This document shows positions 9,621-16,579 of a stretch of 64,000 nucleotides of DNA, one piece after another. The notes under the pieces are model-generated. The model made no database searches and was not told the DNA's origin. It saw nothing but the letters and a program-made list of their open reading frames with translations. This DNA is from Candidatus Vogelbacteria bacterium (lineage in GTDB: Bacteria; Patescibacteriota; Minisyncoccia; Phycocordibacterales; XYD1-FULL-46-19). The position numbers and the translations under genes were made by a program. The stretch covers positions 342,958-406,957 of the forward strand of contig JAIOOX010000002.1 in the NCBI GenBank assembly GCA_021414225.1, written 5' to 3'. Numbering within the stretch: position 1 is the stretch's first letter; every line of letters begins with the position of its first letter.

Positions 9621-9657
9621 ATTCCACCTCCTTTCCGAAGGTTGTTGTTCTGAACAT

Positions 9658-9664
9658 ATTACTA
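9658..9664 (-). promoter_or_regulatory. Cassette promoter -10 element TGnTAGTAAT (minus strand), about 30 nt upstream of the 9620 start
   Basis: Same 10-mer as at 10054 and 11753. Confidence 0.4.
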
Positions 9665-9682
9665 ACAGAAATTCAGGTAAAA

Positions 9683-9725
9683 GAAAAACCGCCTCCTCAA
9701 CGCGGGTTTCCTTGTTGAGGGGCGG
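9683..9725 (-). terminator. Island-family terminator; 25-nt identity with the thrS terminator
   Basis: aagaaaaaccgcctcctcaacgcgg is identical to 44543-44567; hairpin ccgcctcctcaac...gttgaggggcgg. Confidence 0.55.
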
Positions 9726-9752
9726 TACGTGTAGCGATTGAATGAAAAAGGT

Positions 9753-10010
9753 TCAGTTCGTGACGGTCGCTGCGACTTCCGCTGGCTCCTGGTCTGTGAT
9801 CTGGAGCTGGACACTCTTGGCAACACGGCACTGCTGATCGATCCCGAACGCAACAGACTTCGCTGTCCAGGCCTCGATAATAGCCTGATGCCCCTTCGGC
9901 ACCTTGGTTGCCTCGATGAGCTGCCCAAGAACTATCATTTCACCAACCGATGAAGCACTGTTGATTGCATCCACGATAGACTCGTGGAAAGGCTTATGAT
10001 CACTCGGCAA
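9753..10010 (-). CDS. Hypothetical protein; start probably TTG at 10010, the longest ORF extends to GTG 10064
   Basis: The TTGACG-N17-TAGTAAT promoter overlaps the 10064 GTG; AAAAGGAGG lies 4-5 nt before an in-frame TTG. Confidence 0.4.
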   Translation of the reverse strand: MPSDHKPFHESIVDAINSASSVGEMIVLGQLIEATKVPKGHQAIIEAWTAKSVAFGIDQQCRVAKSVQLQITDQEPAEVAATVTN

Positions 10011-10053
10011 GGGACCTCCTTTTAGCCATGGTTGTATGGCTTTTTCTGTACTG

Positions 10054-10083
10054 ATTACTAACACAAATTTATGTATTCGTCAA
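10054..10083 (-). promoter_or_regulatory. Sigma-70-type promoter TTGACG-N17-TAGTAAT (minus strand)
   Basis: -35 at 10078-10083, -10 at 10054-10060, spacing exactly 17. Confidence 0.5.
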
Positions 10084-10109
10084 GTATAGCTTACCGGAAC
10101 AAAAAAAAC

Positions 10110-10213
10110 ACTTTACTTTGCTTTACAAAAGCTCCCCTGGTTGGATAGGTTCAGAACAGTGAATTGGAAAGAAGTTGAAAATGAATTAAATAGATTTAGT
10201 TTTGTATAAAAAG
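10110..10213 (+). repeat. Island boundary repeat copy 5 (extension + core + tail with aatagatttagttttgtataaaaa)
   Basis: About 100 nt alignable with copy 6. Confidence 0.85.
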
Positions 10214-10250
10214 AAAAACCGCCCAACCTGAAACTGCATTGGGCAGTCTT
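10214..10250 (-). terminator. Island-family terminator (gcccaa...ttgggc hairpin + U-run)
   Basis: aaaaaccgcccaacctgaaactgcattgggcag. Confidence 0.5.
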
Positions 10251-10281
10251 CTGGCCTGGCGGCACAACATTGAATCCAACT

Positions 10282-11253
10282 TCACTTCGGCAACCTCTGC
10301 TTAACATCATCGGGCATGGCGGCGCGAACTTTTGTCCGTAACGTGGCAGCACCCGTACAGATGTCTCCCAACTCACTGACAAGGCCAACGTTGTTTCCGA
10401 GGTTCCGACCCGCAAGAGCCTTTCTCAGACGTTCAGGAGCAATCTGTTCTGTGAGGAACTTCATGTCCGCAATAATCCGAGCAATACGGGTCGTAACCAG
10501 TTCAATGTCGTCCGATGGCCGACGATCTCGCCCCCGTGCAGCCCTCTTTACTTCTCCGCCGCGGGCCTCGACTTCCGTGTAGGAGCGACGAATGATTTCC
10601 CTGGCTTCATCAGCTCGCTTTCCCTTGATTCTCGGCACCAAGCTGAGTTGTTCCTCTTTAGGGAGACGAGACAACTCAGAGGCCACCGAGATCGGCAAAC
10701 GTTGATCCCGCGGAGTGTTGGGCTGGAATTTCTGCTGGAGTTCGTACGGTAAGTCAAGCAGTTCGAGATATTTCTTGAGCGTTTGTTCGCCGATCCCCAA
10801 CCGTCGCACGATTTCTGGCCACTTCATGTCGTATTCGGTGAGGAACCGTTGTACAACCTTGGCAATTTCCATTTCCGTATGGGGTTCGCGGTGGAAGTTA
10901 GCGGTCGCAGAGGCCAGGTAGTGTTCCTTGGCATCCTTGACAGAGATCACTATTGCTTTGAGCAAAATCTTGACCTCTTTAGCAGACTTCCAACGACGCT
11001 CTCCGTCAACCAGAAAATACTCGATGCCTTTGTTCCTCTTTCCGTAGGCGGCACAGACAATGATGGGATCTTTCTGTCCATCCGTCTTCATTGAATTACC
11101 GAGATTTTGGAGTGCCACAAGGCCGAAGTGTTTCCGAGGTTGATCGGGGAAGTGATCGATCACACTTGGATCAATCTCCCAGATCACACCAACTTGTTTT
11201 GGTTTGGCCATAAGCCAGAACCCTCCCTTGATACTGTTAAGTAGTTGCGTCAA
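10282..11253 (-). CDS. ParB-like nuclease (ParB/Srx N-terminal) domain protein; probable true start ATG 11211
   Basis: Catalytic-region motif YFLVDGERRWKSAKE (ParB GERRxRA box); AAGGGAGGG RBS 9 nt before the 11211 ATG; GC-rich. Confidence 0.6.
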   Translation of the reverse strand: MTQLLNSIKGGFWLMAKPKQVGVIWEIDPSVIDHFPDQPRKHFGLVALQNLGNSMKTDGQKDPIIVCAAYGKRNKGIEYFLVDGERRWKSAKEVKILLKAIVISVKDAKEHYLASATANFHREPHTEMEIAKVVQRFLTEYDMKWPEIVRRLGIGEQTLKKYLELLDLPYELQQKFQPNTPRDQRLPISVASELSRLPKEEQLSLVPRIKGKRADEAREIIRRSYTEVEARGGEVKRAARGRDRRPSDDIELVTTRIARIIADMKFLTEQIAPERLRKALAGRNLGNNVGLVSELGDICTGAATLRTKVRAAMPDDVKQRLPK

Positions 11254-11340
11254 TGAGCTGAGAAATTCGGCTCTGCATTAAAAACTGCCAGATTTATGGA
11301 ATAAAAGCAAGCGCAAAAAATTATCAAATCTAAGTCTGAA

Positions 11341-11446
11341 TACTTTACTTTGCTTTACAAAAGCTCCCCTGGTTGGATAGGTTTAGAACAGTGGACTGGA
11401 GGAAGGTTAAGTTAGATACAGAAAAATTTAGTTTTATATAAAACAA
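11341..11446 (+). repeat. Island boundary repeat copy 6 (extension + core + tail)
   Basis: tactttactttgctttacaaaagctcccctggttggataggtttagaacagtggactgga... Confidence 0.85.
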
Positions 11447-11450
11447 CAAA

Positions 11451-11491
11451 CCCGCCTCGCGACGACGATTCAGGTTCGTTGTCGGGGCGGG
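11451..11491 (-). terminator. Island-family terminator (cccgcctcgcgacg...cgttgtcggggcggg + U-run)
   Basis: The 15-mer acccgcctcgcgacg and the 13-mer ttgtcggggcggg recur at 35622-35662. Confidence 0.6.
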
Positions 11492-11492
11492 A

Positions 11493-11696
11493 TTAAAATA
11501 ACAGGAGACACCAGATGCTTCCAAATATTCCCCATTGTTCGGTACCACATTCAGAACACGTGTGTGCTTCGGTGTTGTTTACACAATTATCACTATGTTC
11601 CCAAATGTTTCCGCACTTTGGACATTTGTGCTTATGAGTCCGAGACGGATCCATTCTTTCGTCACCAGGACTAGCACAATCTCTCACATTCGCCAT
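11493..11696 (-). CDS. Small Zn-ribbon protein (CPKC...CSEC)
   Basis: 67 aa; RBS AAAGGAGGGAGG; first cassette after tRNA-Asn. Confidence 0.5.
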   Translation of the reverse strand: MANVRDCASPGDERMDPSRTHKHKCPKCGNIWEHSDNCVNNTEAHTCSECGTEQWGIFGSIWCLLLF

Positions 11697-11752
11697 TTGA
11701 CCTCCCTCCTTTCGTAGGGTTTTGGTTTCAGTTGAATAGTTTTTCTGATTTA

Positions 11753-11782
11753 ATTACTAACACGGATATAGGTATCAGTCAA
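11753..11782 (-). promoter_or_regulatory. Sigma-70-type promoter TTGACT-N17-TAGTAAT (minus strand)
   Basis: -35 at 11777-11782, -10 at 11753-11759, spacer 17. Confidence 0.5.
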
Positions 11783-11822
11783 TACTGACATAACGCAACA
11801 ACTTTACTTTGCTTTACAAAAG

Positions 11823-11895
11823 CTCCGCGACCAGGGCTCGAACCTGGGACATCCTCGTTAACAGCGAGGCGCTCTACCGACTGAGCTATCGCGGA
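11823..11895 (-). tRNA. tRNA-Asn (anticodon GTT)
   Basis: Perfect 7-bp acceptor stem UCCGCGA/UCGCGGA; D-arm GCTCAGTCGGTAGAGC; anticodon stem-loop CCTCG-CTGTTAA-CGAGG; T-arm CCAGG-TTCGAGC-CCTGG; no encoded CCA. Confidence 0.9.
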
Positions 11896-12001
11896 ATATA
11901 TTGCCTTCCAGACAACAGCAAAATCATACCAAAAATAGAGAAAAAAGCAAAAGGTCTAATCCTTCTAAAAATCCCCTCCTCAGTGCTATACTAGCCTCAC
12001 C

Positions 12002-13810
12002 ATGAGACATAAATTACCAACCACCTGGGACCTCTCCCCTTTTTACAAAAGTGACACTGACCCCAAAATTGCCCAGGATCTCAAACGCTCCGCGGACAGG
12101 GTTCGAATCTTTGTTAAGACCTGGCAAGCTGATGAATCTTACTTATCAAACCCAACCAGACTCAAACAAGCCCTGGATGAGTACGAGGAACTCGAACGAA
12201 CTACCGGCCTATCTAGTGGTTACGGTTATTACCTGTCTCTACGTTTAGCTCAAGAAGAAAACAATCCCAAACTAAAAGCTGCGGCTAGCAAATTAAAAGA
12301 TCATGCGATTGGTCTGGCTAACGAAATCGAATTTTTCACTATCCGCTTAGCCAAAGTACCAACTAGTATTCAACAAAAATTCTTGGTTGATAAAAACTTA
12401 GCTCCTTATCACTATTTTCTAAAAAAGCTTTTCGAACACGCCAAATATATTCTATCCGAACCAGAAGAAAAGATTATGAATCTTAAGAGTGCTCCGGCTC
12501 ATGGCTACTGGACGGAAATGCGCTCTAACTTGATGGCTGAGGAAATGCTCACCGTCAAAGACGAACAAGGAGTTAGACGATCTCGACCTTTTAGTGAAGC
12601 CTTAAACTTGTCTTCTAGTGCCAAAAAATCTGTCCGCGACGAAGCAGCTAAAGCAGTCCACCAATTAATGAAAACTTACGCCCGGATTGCTGAACACGAA
12701 ATAAACGCTATTTTGGAGGACAAGAAAATAAATGATCAGTTGCGAGGATTCTCCAGACCAGATCAGAGTCGCCACCTATCTGATGACATTGATACCGAGG
12801 TAGTCGATGCCATGATCAAGGCTGTTAGTGACAACTTTGATATTGCTCACAAATTTTATAAATTGAAAGCCAAGCTAGCCAAGCTACCAAAACTCGCCTA
12901 TCACGAACGCAACTTAGCTTACGGACAAACCGATAAAAAAATCACCTATTCGGAATCTGTTGATCTAGTTAGTCGATCTCTACACAACCTAGATTCGGAA
13001 TTTGGCACCATTTTTGACCGTTTCGCTACTAATGGTCAAATAGATGTCTACCCTAAACAAAACCGCTCTGACGGGGCTTTCTGTGCTGGCACTGGCGAAC
13101 TACCGAGTCTACCTACTTACATTCTTCTCAATCATACCGACAAATTGCGCGATACTTTAACTTTAGCCCATGAAGCTGGTCACGGTATCAACAATGAACT
13201 AATCAAACCAAAACAACACTCTCTTTATTACAGCACCCCTCTCTCGACCGCTGAGGTAGCTAGTACTTTTATGGAAGATTTTGTTCTCCAAGAAATAGCC
13301 AAAGAAGCTAATGATGAACTACGTTTAGGTTTAATGATGACCAAACTAAACGATGACATCTCCACTATTTTCCGCCAAGTGGCTTGTTATAAATTTGAGC
13401 AAGAGTTGCACGAGACTTTTCGACAGGAGGGCTTTTTACCCAAAGAAAAGATCGGGCAGATTTTCCAAAAACACATGAAAGCTTACATGGGCCCAAGTGT
13501 CTCTCAAGATCCAGGCTCAGAAAATTGGTGGGTGTATTGGAGTCACATTCGTAATTTCTTTTATGTATATTCTTACGCTTCAGGTTTGATTATCTCTAAA
13601 GCTTTACAAGCCGAAGTGAAGGCAGATAAAAAATTTGTCGAGAAGGTAAAGTACTTCCTCTCCGCCGGCACTTCCAATTCTCCAAAAAATATTTTCAAAA
13701 ATATTGGCATCGATATTACCAAGACTGATTTCTGGACCAGTGGGGTCAAAGAAATCCGGGATTTACTAGCCGAGACAGAAAAACTTGCCAAAAAGTTAAA
13801 AAAGTGTTAG
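12002..13810 (+). CDS. pepF: Oligoendopeptidase F (M3B family)
   Basis: 602 aa; HEAGH zinc motif (TLAHEAGHGINN). Confidence 0.8.
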   Translation: MRHKLPTTWDLSPFYKSDTDPKIAQDLKRSADRVRIFVKTWQADESYLSNPTRLKQALDEYEELERTTGLSSGYGYYLSLRLAQEENNPKLKAAASKLKDHAIGLANEIEFFTIRLAKVPTSIQQKFLVDKNLAPYHYFLKKLFEHAKYILSEPEEKIMNLKSAPAHGYWTEMRSNLMAEEMLTVKDEQGVRRSRPFSEALNLSSSAKKSVRDEAAKAVHQLMKTYARIAEHEINAILEDKKINDQLRGFSRPDQSRHLSDDIDTEVVDAMIKAVSDNFDIAHKFYKLKAKLAKLPKLAYHERNLAYGQTDKKITYSESVDLVSRSLHNLDSEFGTIFDRFATNGQIDVYPKQNRSDGAFCAGTGELPSLPTYILLNHTDKLRDTLTLAHEAGHGINNELIKPKQHSLYYSTPLSTAEVASTFMEDFVLQEIAKEANDELRLGLMMTKLNDDISTIFRQVACYKFEQELHETFRQEGFLPKEKIGQIFQKHMKAYMGPSVSQDPGSENWWVYWSHIRNFFYVYSYASGLIISKALQAEVKADKKFVEKVKYFLSAGTSNSPKNIFKNIGIDITKTDFWTSGVKEIRDLLAETEKLAKKLKKC

Positions 13811-13836
13811 AATAGTGAATAGAAGGAGACCTTGTC

Positions 13837-14016
13837 ATGATTAGACAGTGCTGTGATTGCAAAAAAGTCGAGCTCGAGGGAAGATGGGTTACACCTTGCA
13901 CCGAATCCTTCGTTGAAGGATTACCCATAACCCACACCTACTGTCCAAACTGCTATTCGATAGCGTTGGATGAGCTAAAAAAAGACCGGGACCTTAAACA
14001 GTCCTTGAAGCCCTGA
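13837..14016 (+). CDS. Small Cys-rich zinc-ribbon protein (59 aa; not in the ORF track)
   Basis: MIRQCCDCKK...CPNCYS; AGGAG RBS 8 nt upstream; hairpin ccctgacca...tggtcgggg + T-run directly after the stop. Confidence 0.45.
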   Translation: MIRQCCDCKKVELEGRWVTPCTESFVEGLPITHTYCPNCYSIALDELKKDRDLKQSLKP

Positions 14017-14123
14017 CCACCTACCACGAGGCTGGTCGGGGCTTTTGTTTTTTGGTACAATCCCCTACGTATAATCAACTCAAAGAAATTTAGAAATAAC
14101 CATCCGTAACTCAAAATTAGATA

Positions 14124-14717
14124 ATGACTCTAGATCAGGACTCTCAACTTATTTTCACCATCCAAACCGGTGGAGTAGCCATCATTCCGACAGATACTAT
14201 TTATGGTTTAGTCGCTAAAGCCGACAATAAATTAACTGTAGAAAAAATTTATCAAATCAAAGGTCGTAACCCTATTAAACCATTTATCGTTTTAATTGCT
14301 GATCTGGAACAACTCAGACTATTTGATATTAATCTCGACGATCCAACCAAAAATCTCTTAAGCCGAGTTTGGCCAGGACCAGTTAGTGTCATCTTGTCCT
14401 GCCCTAATCAAGAACTAAACTACCTCCACCGAGACACTAACACCCTCGCTTTCCGCTGGCCGGCGAAACCAGACTTGCAACAATTTCTAGCTAAGGTAGG
14501 ACCCCTGATCGCACCCAGCGCCAACCCAGAAGGGCAACCACCAGCTCAAACAATAGACCAAGCTAAAAAATATTTTGGTGACCAGGTAGACTATTATTTT
14601 CCTAGCGAAGACACCCTGATTGGAGAACCATCAACCTTAGTTGCAATTGAAAACGGACAGTTTATGATAAAAAGACAAGGTCAAGTTATTATTAGCGACG
14701 TAGAGCGAGAAAAATAG
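14124..14717 (+). CDS. tsaC: L-threonylcarbamoyladenylate synthase (TsaC/YrdC/Sua5 domain)
   Basis: YrdC-fold motif IPTDTIYGLVAKA; 197 aa. Confidence 0.75.
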   Translation: MTLDQDSQLIFTIQTGGVAIIPTDTIYGLVAKADNKLTVEKIYQIKGRNPIKPFIVLIADLEQLRLFDINLDDPTKNLLSRVWPGPVSVILSCPNQELNYLHRDTNTLAFRWPAKPDLQQFLAKVGPLIAPSANPEGQPPAQTIDQAKKYFGDQVDYYFPSEDTLIGEPSTLVAIENGQFMIKRQGQVIISDVEREK

Positions 14718-14794
14718 AAAAGCACTCTTTTTTATTTCCAAGCCGAGGAGACTAAGAAAAGGTTTAACACCTTTTATTACCCAACTATAATCTT
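14690..14794 (+). promoter_or_regulatory. Conserved about-105-nt leader, copy A (overlaps the last 9 codons of tsaC)
   Basis: Alignable along its length with 42695-42803, upstream of thrS. Confidence 0.6.
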
Positions 14795-15139
14795 ATGACT
14801 ATTAATTACGACGAGTTTAAAAAAACTGAATTAAAAGTAGCCCAAATTAAAAGTGCCACCCGGGTTGATGGCTCAGACAAGTTATTACAACTAATTGTTG
14901 ACGCCGGCGACCAAGATGAAGCCGGCCAAGCTCTAGACCGTCAGATTATTGCCGGTATTGGCAAAGCTTATGAACCAGAAACTTTAATTGGTAAACAAAT
15001 TATTATTGTGGCCAATCTAGAACCAAGAAAGTTAATGGGCTTAGAAAGCCAAGGAATGCTCCTAGCTGCCAACAGTGAGGCTGGTCCAATTATTATTACC
15101 ACTGAACACGATTCTCTACCTGGTGCTAACATCCAATAA
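14795..15139 (+). CDS. Stand-alone tRNA-binding domain protein (CsaA/Myf/EMAP-like OB fold)
   Basis: 114 aa; ELKVAQIKSATRVDGSDKLLQLIVDAG...ESQGMLLAAN, as in the PheT/MetRS N-/C-terminal tRNA-binding domains. Confidence 0.7.
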   Translation: MTINYDEFKKTELKVAQIKSATRVDGSDKLLQLIVDAGDQDEAGQALDRQIIAGIGKAYEPETLIGKQIIIVANLEPRKLMGLESQGMLLAANSEAGPIIITTEHDSLPGANIQ

Positions 15140-15141
15140 TA

Positions 15142-15717
15142 ATGACTAAAGCTAATATTATCCTTGGCGGTTCATTTGGGGTGGTAGTCCTTCTATTATT
15201 TGGCTGGATTTATATAACCACTCAACCACCAACTGTCACCAATTTTGAAGAATGCGTTAAAATCGGCTATCCAGTATTAAAATCTGATCAAGGCGAAAGC
15301 TACTGCCAAACATCGGACAACCGAAATTTCATCAAAACAAGTATTAAACCTGATACAACTAATACTCAAAATACTTCAACCACCTCTCTCCAAAGCAATA
15401 AAATAATCATTGATAAATTAAAACCCGGAGCTGCTATTACTAGTCCTTTAAAAATCACTGGCCAAGCCAAGGGTAACTGGTTTTTCGAAAGTAGTTTCCC
15501 TATTTTCCTAAAAGACCAAGACGGCCAAGATGTGACTATCGTCATCGCTCAGGCTCAAGGTGATTGGATGACGACCGATTTTGTTCCTTTCGAAGCTACT
15601 CTTAATTTTAAGGTAGCAGCAGATACAACCGGCACTTTGATCTTTCGAAAAGATAACCCCTCAGGCTTACCAGAACACGATGACGAGCTATCTATCCCAG
15701 TTGTAATCAAGAAATAA
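15142..15717 (+). CDS. Membrane-anchored protein with Gmad2/GerMN-like Ig-type domain
   Basis: N-terminal TM helix, T/N-rich linker, PLKITGQAKGNWFFESSFPIFLKDQDG. Confidence 0.45.
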   Translation: MTKANIILGGSFGVVVLLLFGWIYITTQPPTVTNFEECVKIGYPVLKSDQGESYCQTSDNRNFIKTSIKPDTTNTQNTSTTSLQSNKIIIDKLKPGAAITSPLKITGQAKGNWFFESSFPIFLKDQDGQDVTIVIAQAQGDWMTTDFVPFEATLNFKVAADTTGTLIFRKDNPSGLPEHDDELSIPVVIKK

Positions 15718-15792
15718 CCCCTGACTAGCAGATACCGACCTGTATGGTAAAATGTATCCATTACAAATTTAATCTTTTTTTAATTAACCCTT

Positions 15793-16536
15793 ATGGAAAA
15801 AAATAATTATGCTGTTCCTATCGCTATAGTCGTAGCGGGTCTTTTAATCGCTGGCGCTGTCTTGTTTGGCGGTAACAGTGACCGATCTTTATTTAAGTTG
15901 ACTGACACAGACCAAACAGATACTACTTCAACCTTGGTTACCAATCTGACCCCTGTTTCAGCTTCTGATTATATTACCGGCGCTGAAAATCCAACTATTA
16001 CTGTCGTTGAGTATTCCGACCTAGAATGTCCTTTCTGTCAGGTTTTTCACCAAGCAATGAAAAACTCTCTAGCCAACAATCAAACTGTCGCTTGGGTTTA
16101 CCGACATTTCCCATTAGACTCTCTTCACGCCAAAGCCCGCAACGAAGCTGAGTACTCAGCCTGTGTTGGTAAATTAGCTGGTAACGATAAGTTTTGGGCC
16201 TACATCGACAGCATTTTTACCGTCACTCCTTCTAATGATGGTTTAGACCCAGCCCAACTACCAATTTTAGCTGAAAAAATAGGTATCAATAAAACTGATT
16301 TAGAAAACTGCGTCAAAAACGGTGATGGTAAAAAAATAGTTGACGCTGATTATGCTACCGGCCAAGAGATAGATGTTAGTGGTACCCCTTACCCAATTTT
16401 GATCGACACCGACGGCCGAGCTCATGCCATTTTCGAATCAAATTTTAACCCTGACACAGCTCAGATATCCCCAGAAGCTAAAGCCTTCGTGGTTGATCTA
16501 TACGCCGAGTACGAAAAGATTGTTAAAGGAAATTAA
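15793..16536 (+). CDS. DsbA-family thiol:disulfide oxidoreductase
   Basis: CPFC active site within a thioredoxin-like fold; N-terminal TM helix. Confidence 0.7.
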   Translation: MEKNNYAVPIAIVVAGLLIAGAVLFGGNSDRSLFKLTDTDQTDTTSTLVTNLTPVSASDYITGAENPTITVVEYSDLECPFCQVFHQAMKNSLANNQTVAWVYRHFPLDSLHAKARNEAEYSACVGKLAGNDKFWAYIDSIFTVTPSNDGLDPAQLPILAEKIGINKTDLENCVKNGDGKKIVDADYATGQEIDVSGTPYPILIDTDGRAHAIFESNFNPDTAQISPEAKAFVVDLYAEYEKIVKGN

Positions 16537-16544
16537 TTGGTTAA

Positions 16545-16579
16545 CAAAAAAACCGCCAGTATAACTGGCGGTTTTTTTG
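16545..16579. terminator. Bidirectional terminator (accgccagt ata actggcggt flanked by A7 and T7)
   Basis: Perfect 9-bp stem between convergent genes. Confidence 0.8.

Noticed and set aside
10316-11094. Plus-strand ORFs 10316..10582, 10715..10921, 10783..11094
   Set aside because: Antisense shadows inside the GC-rich ParB-like gene; high GC inflates ORF length.
4081-11391. Island repeat core as a pseudo-tRNA or tRNA 3' fragment
   Set aside because: Fold attempts on both strands gave no T-arm (GTTCRANYC), D-arm or acceptor pairing. Only the last 3 nt of tRNA-Asn are shared; the remaining identity is to the downstream flank.
4081-11391. Island repeats as integron attC sites
   Set aside because: A GTTGGAT 7-mer matches the GTTRRRY core, but no matching inverse core (RYYYAAC) or imperfect-palindrome structure was found. 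The integron-like interpretation is kept only as an analogy.
3600-11900. CRISPR array
   Set aside because: Repeats are 27-105 nt with 0.7-2.5 kb irregular spacing and contain full genes with promoters; this is not a repeat-spacer architecture. No cas genes are present.
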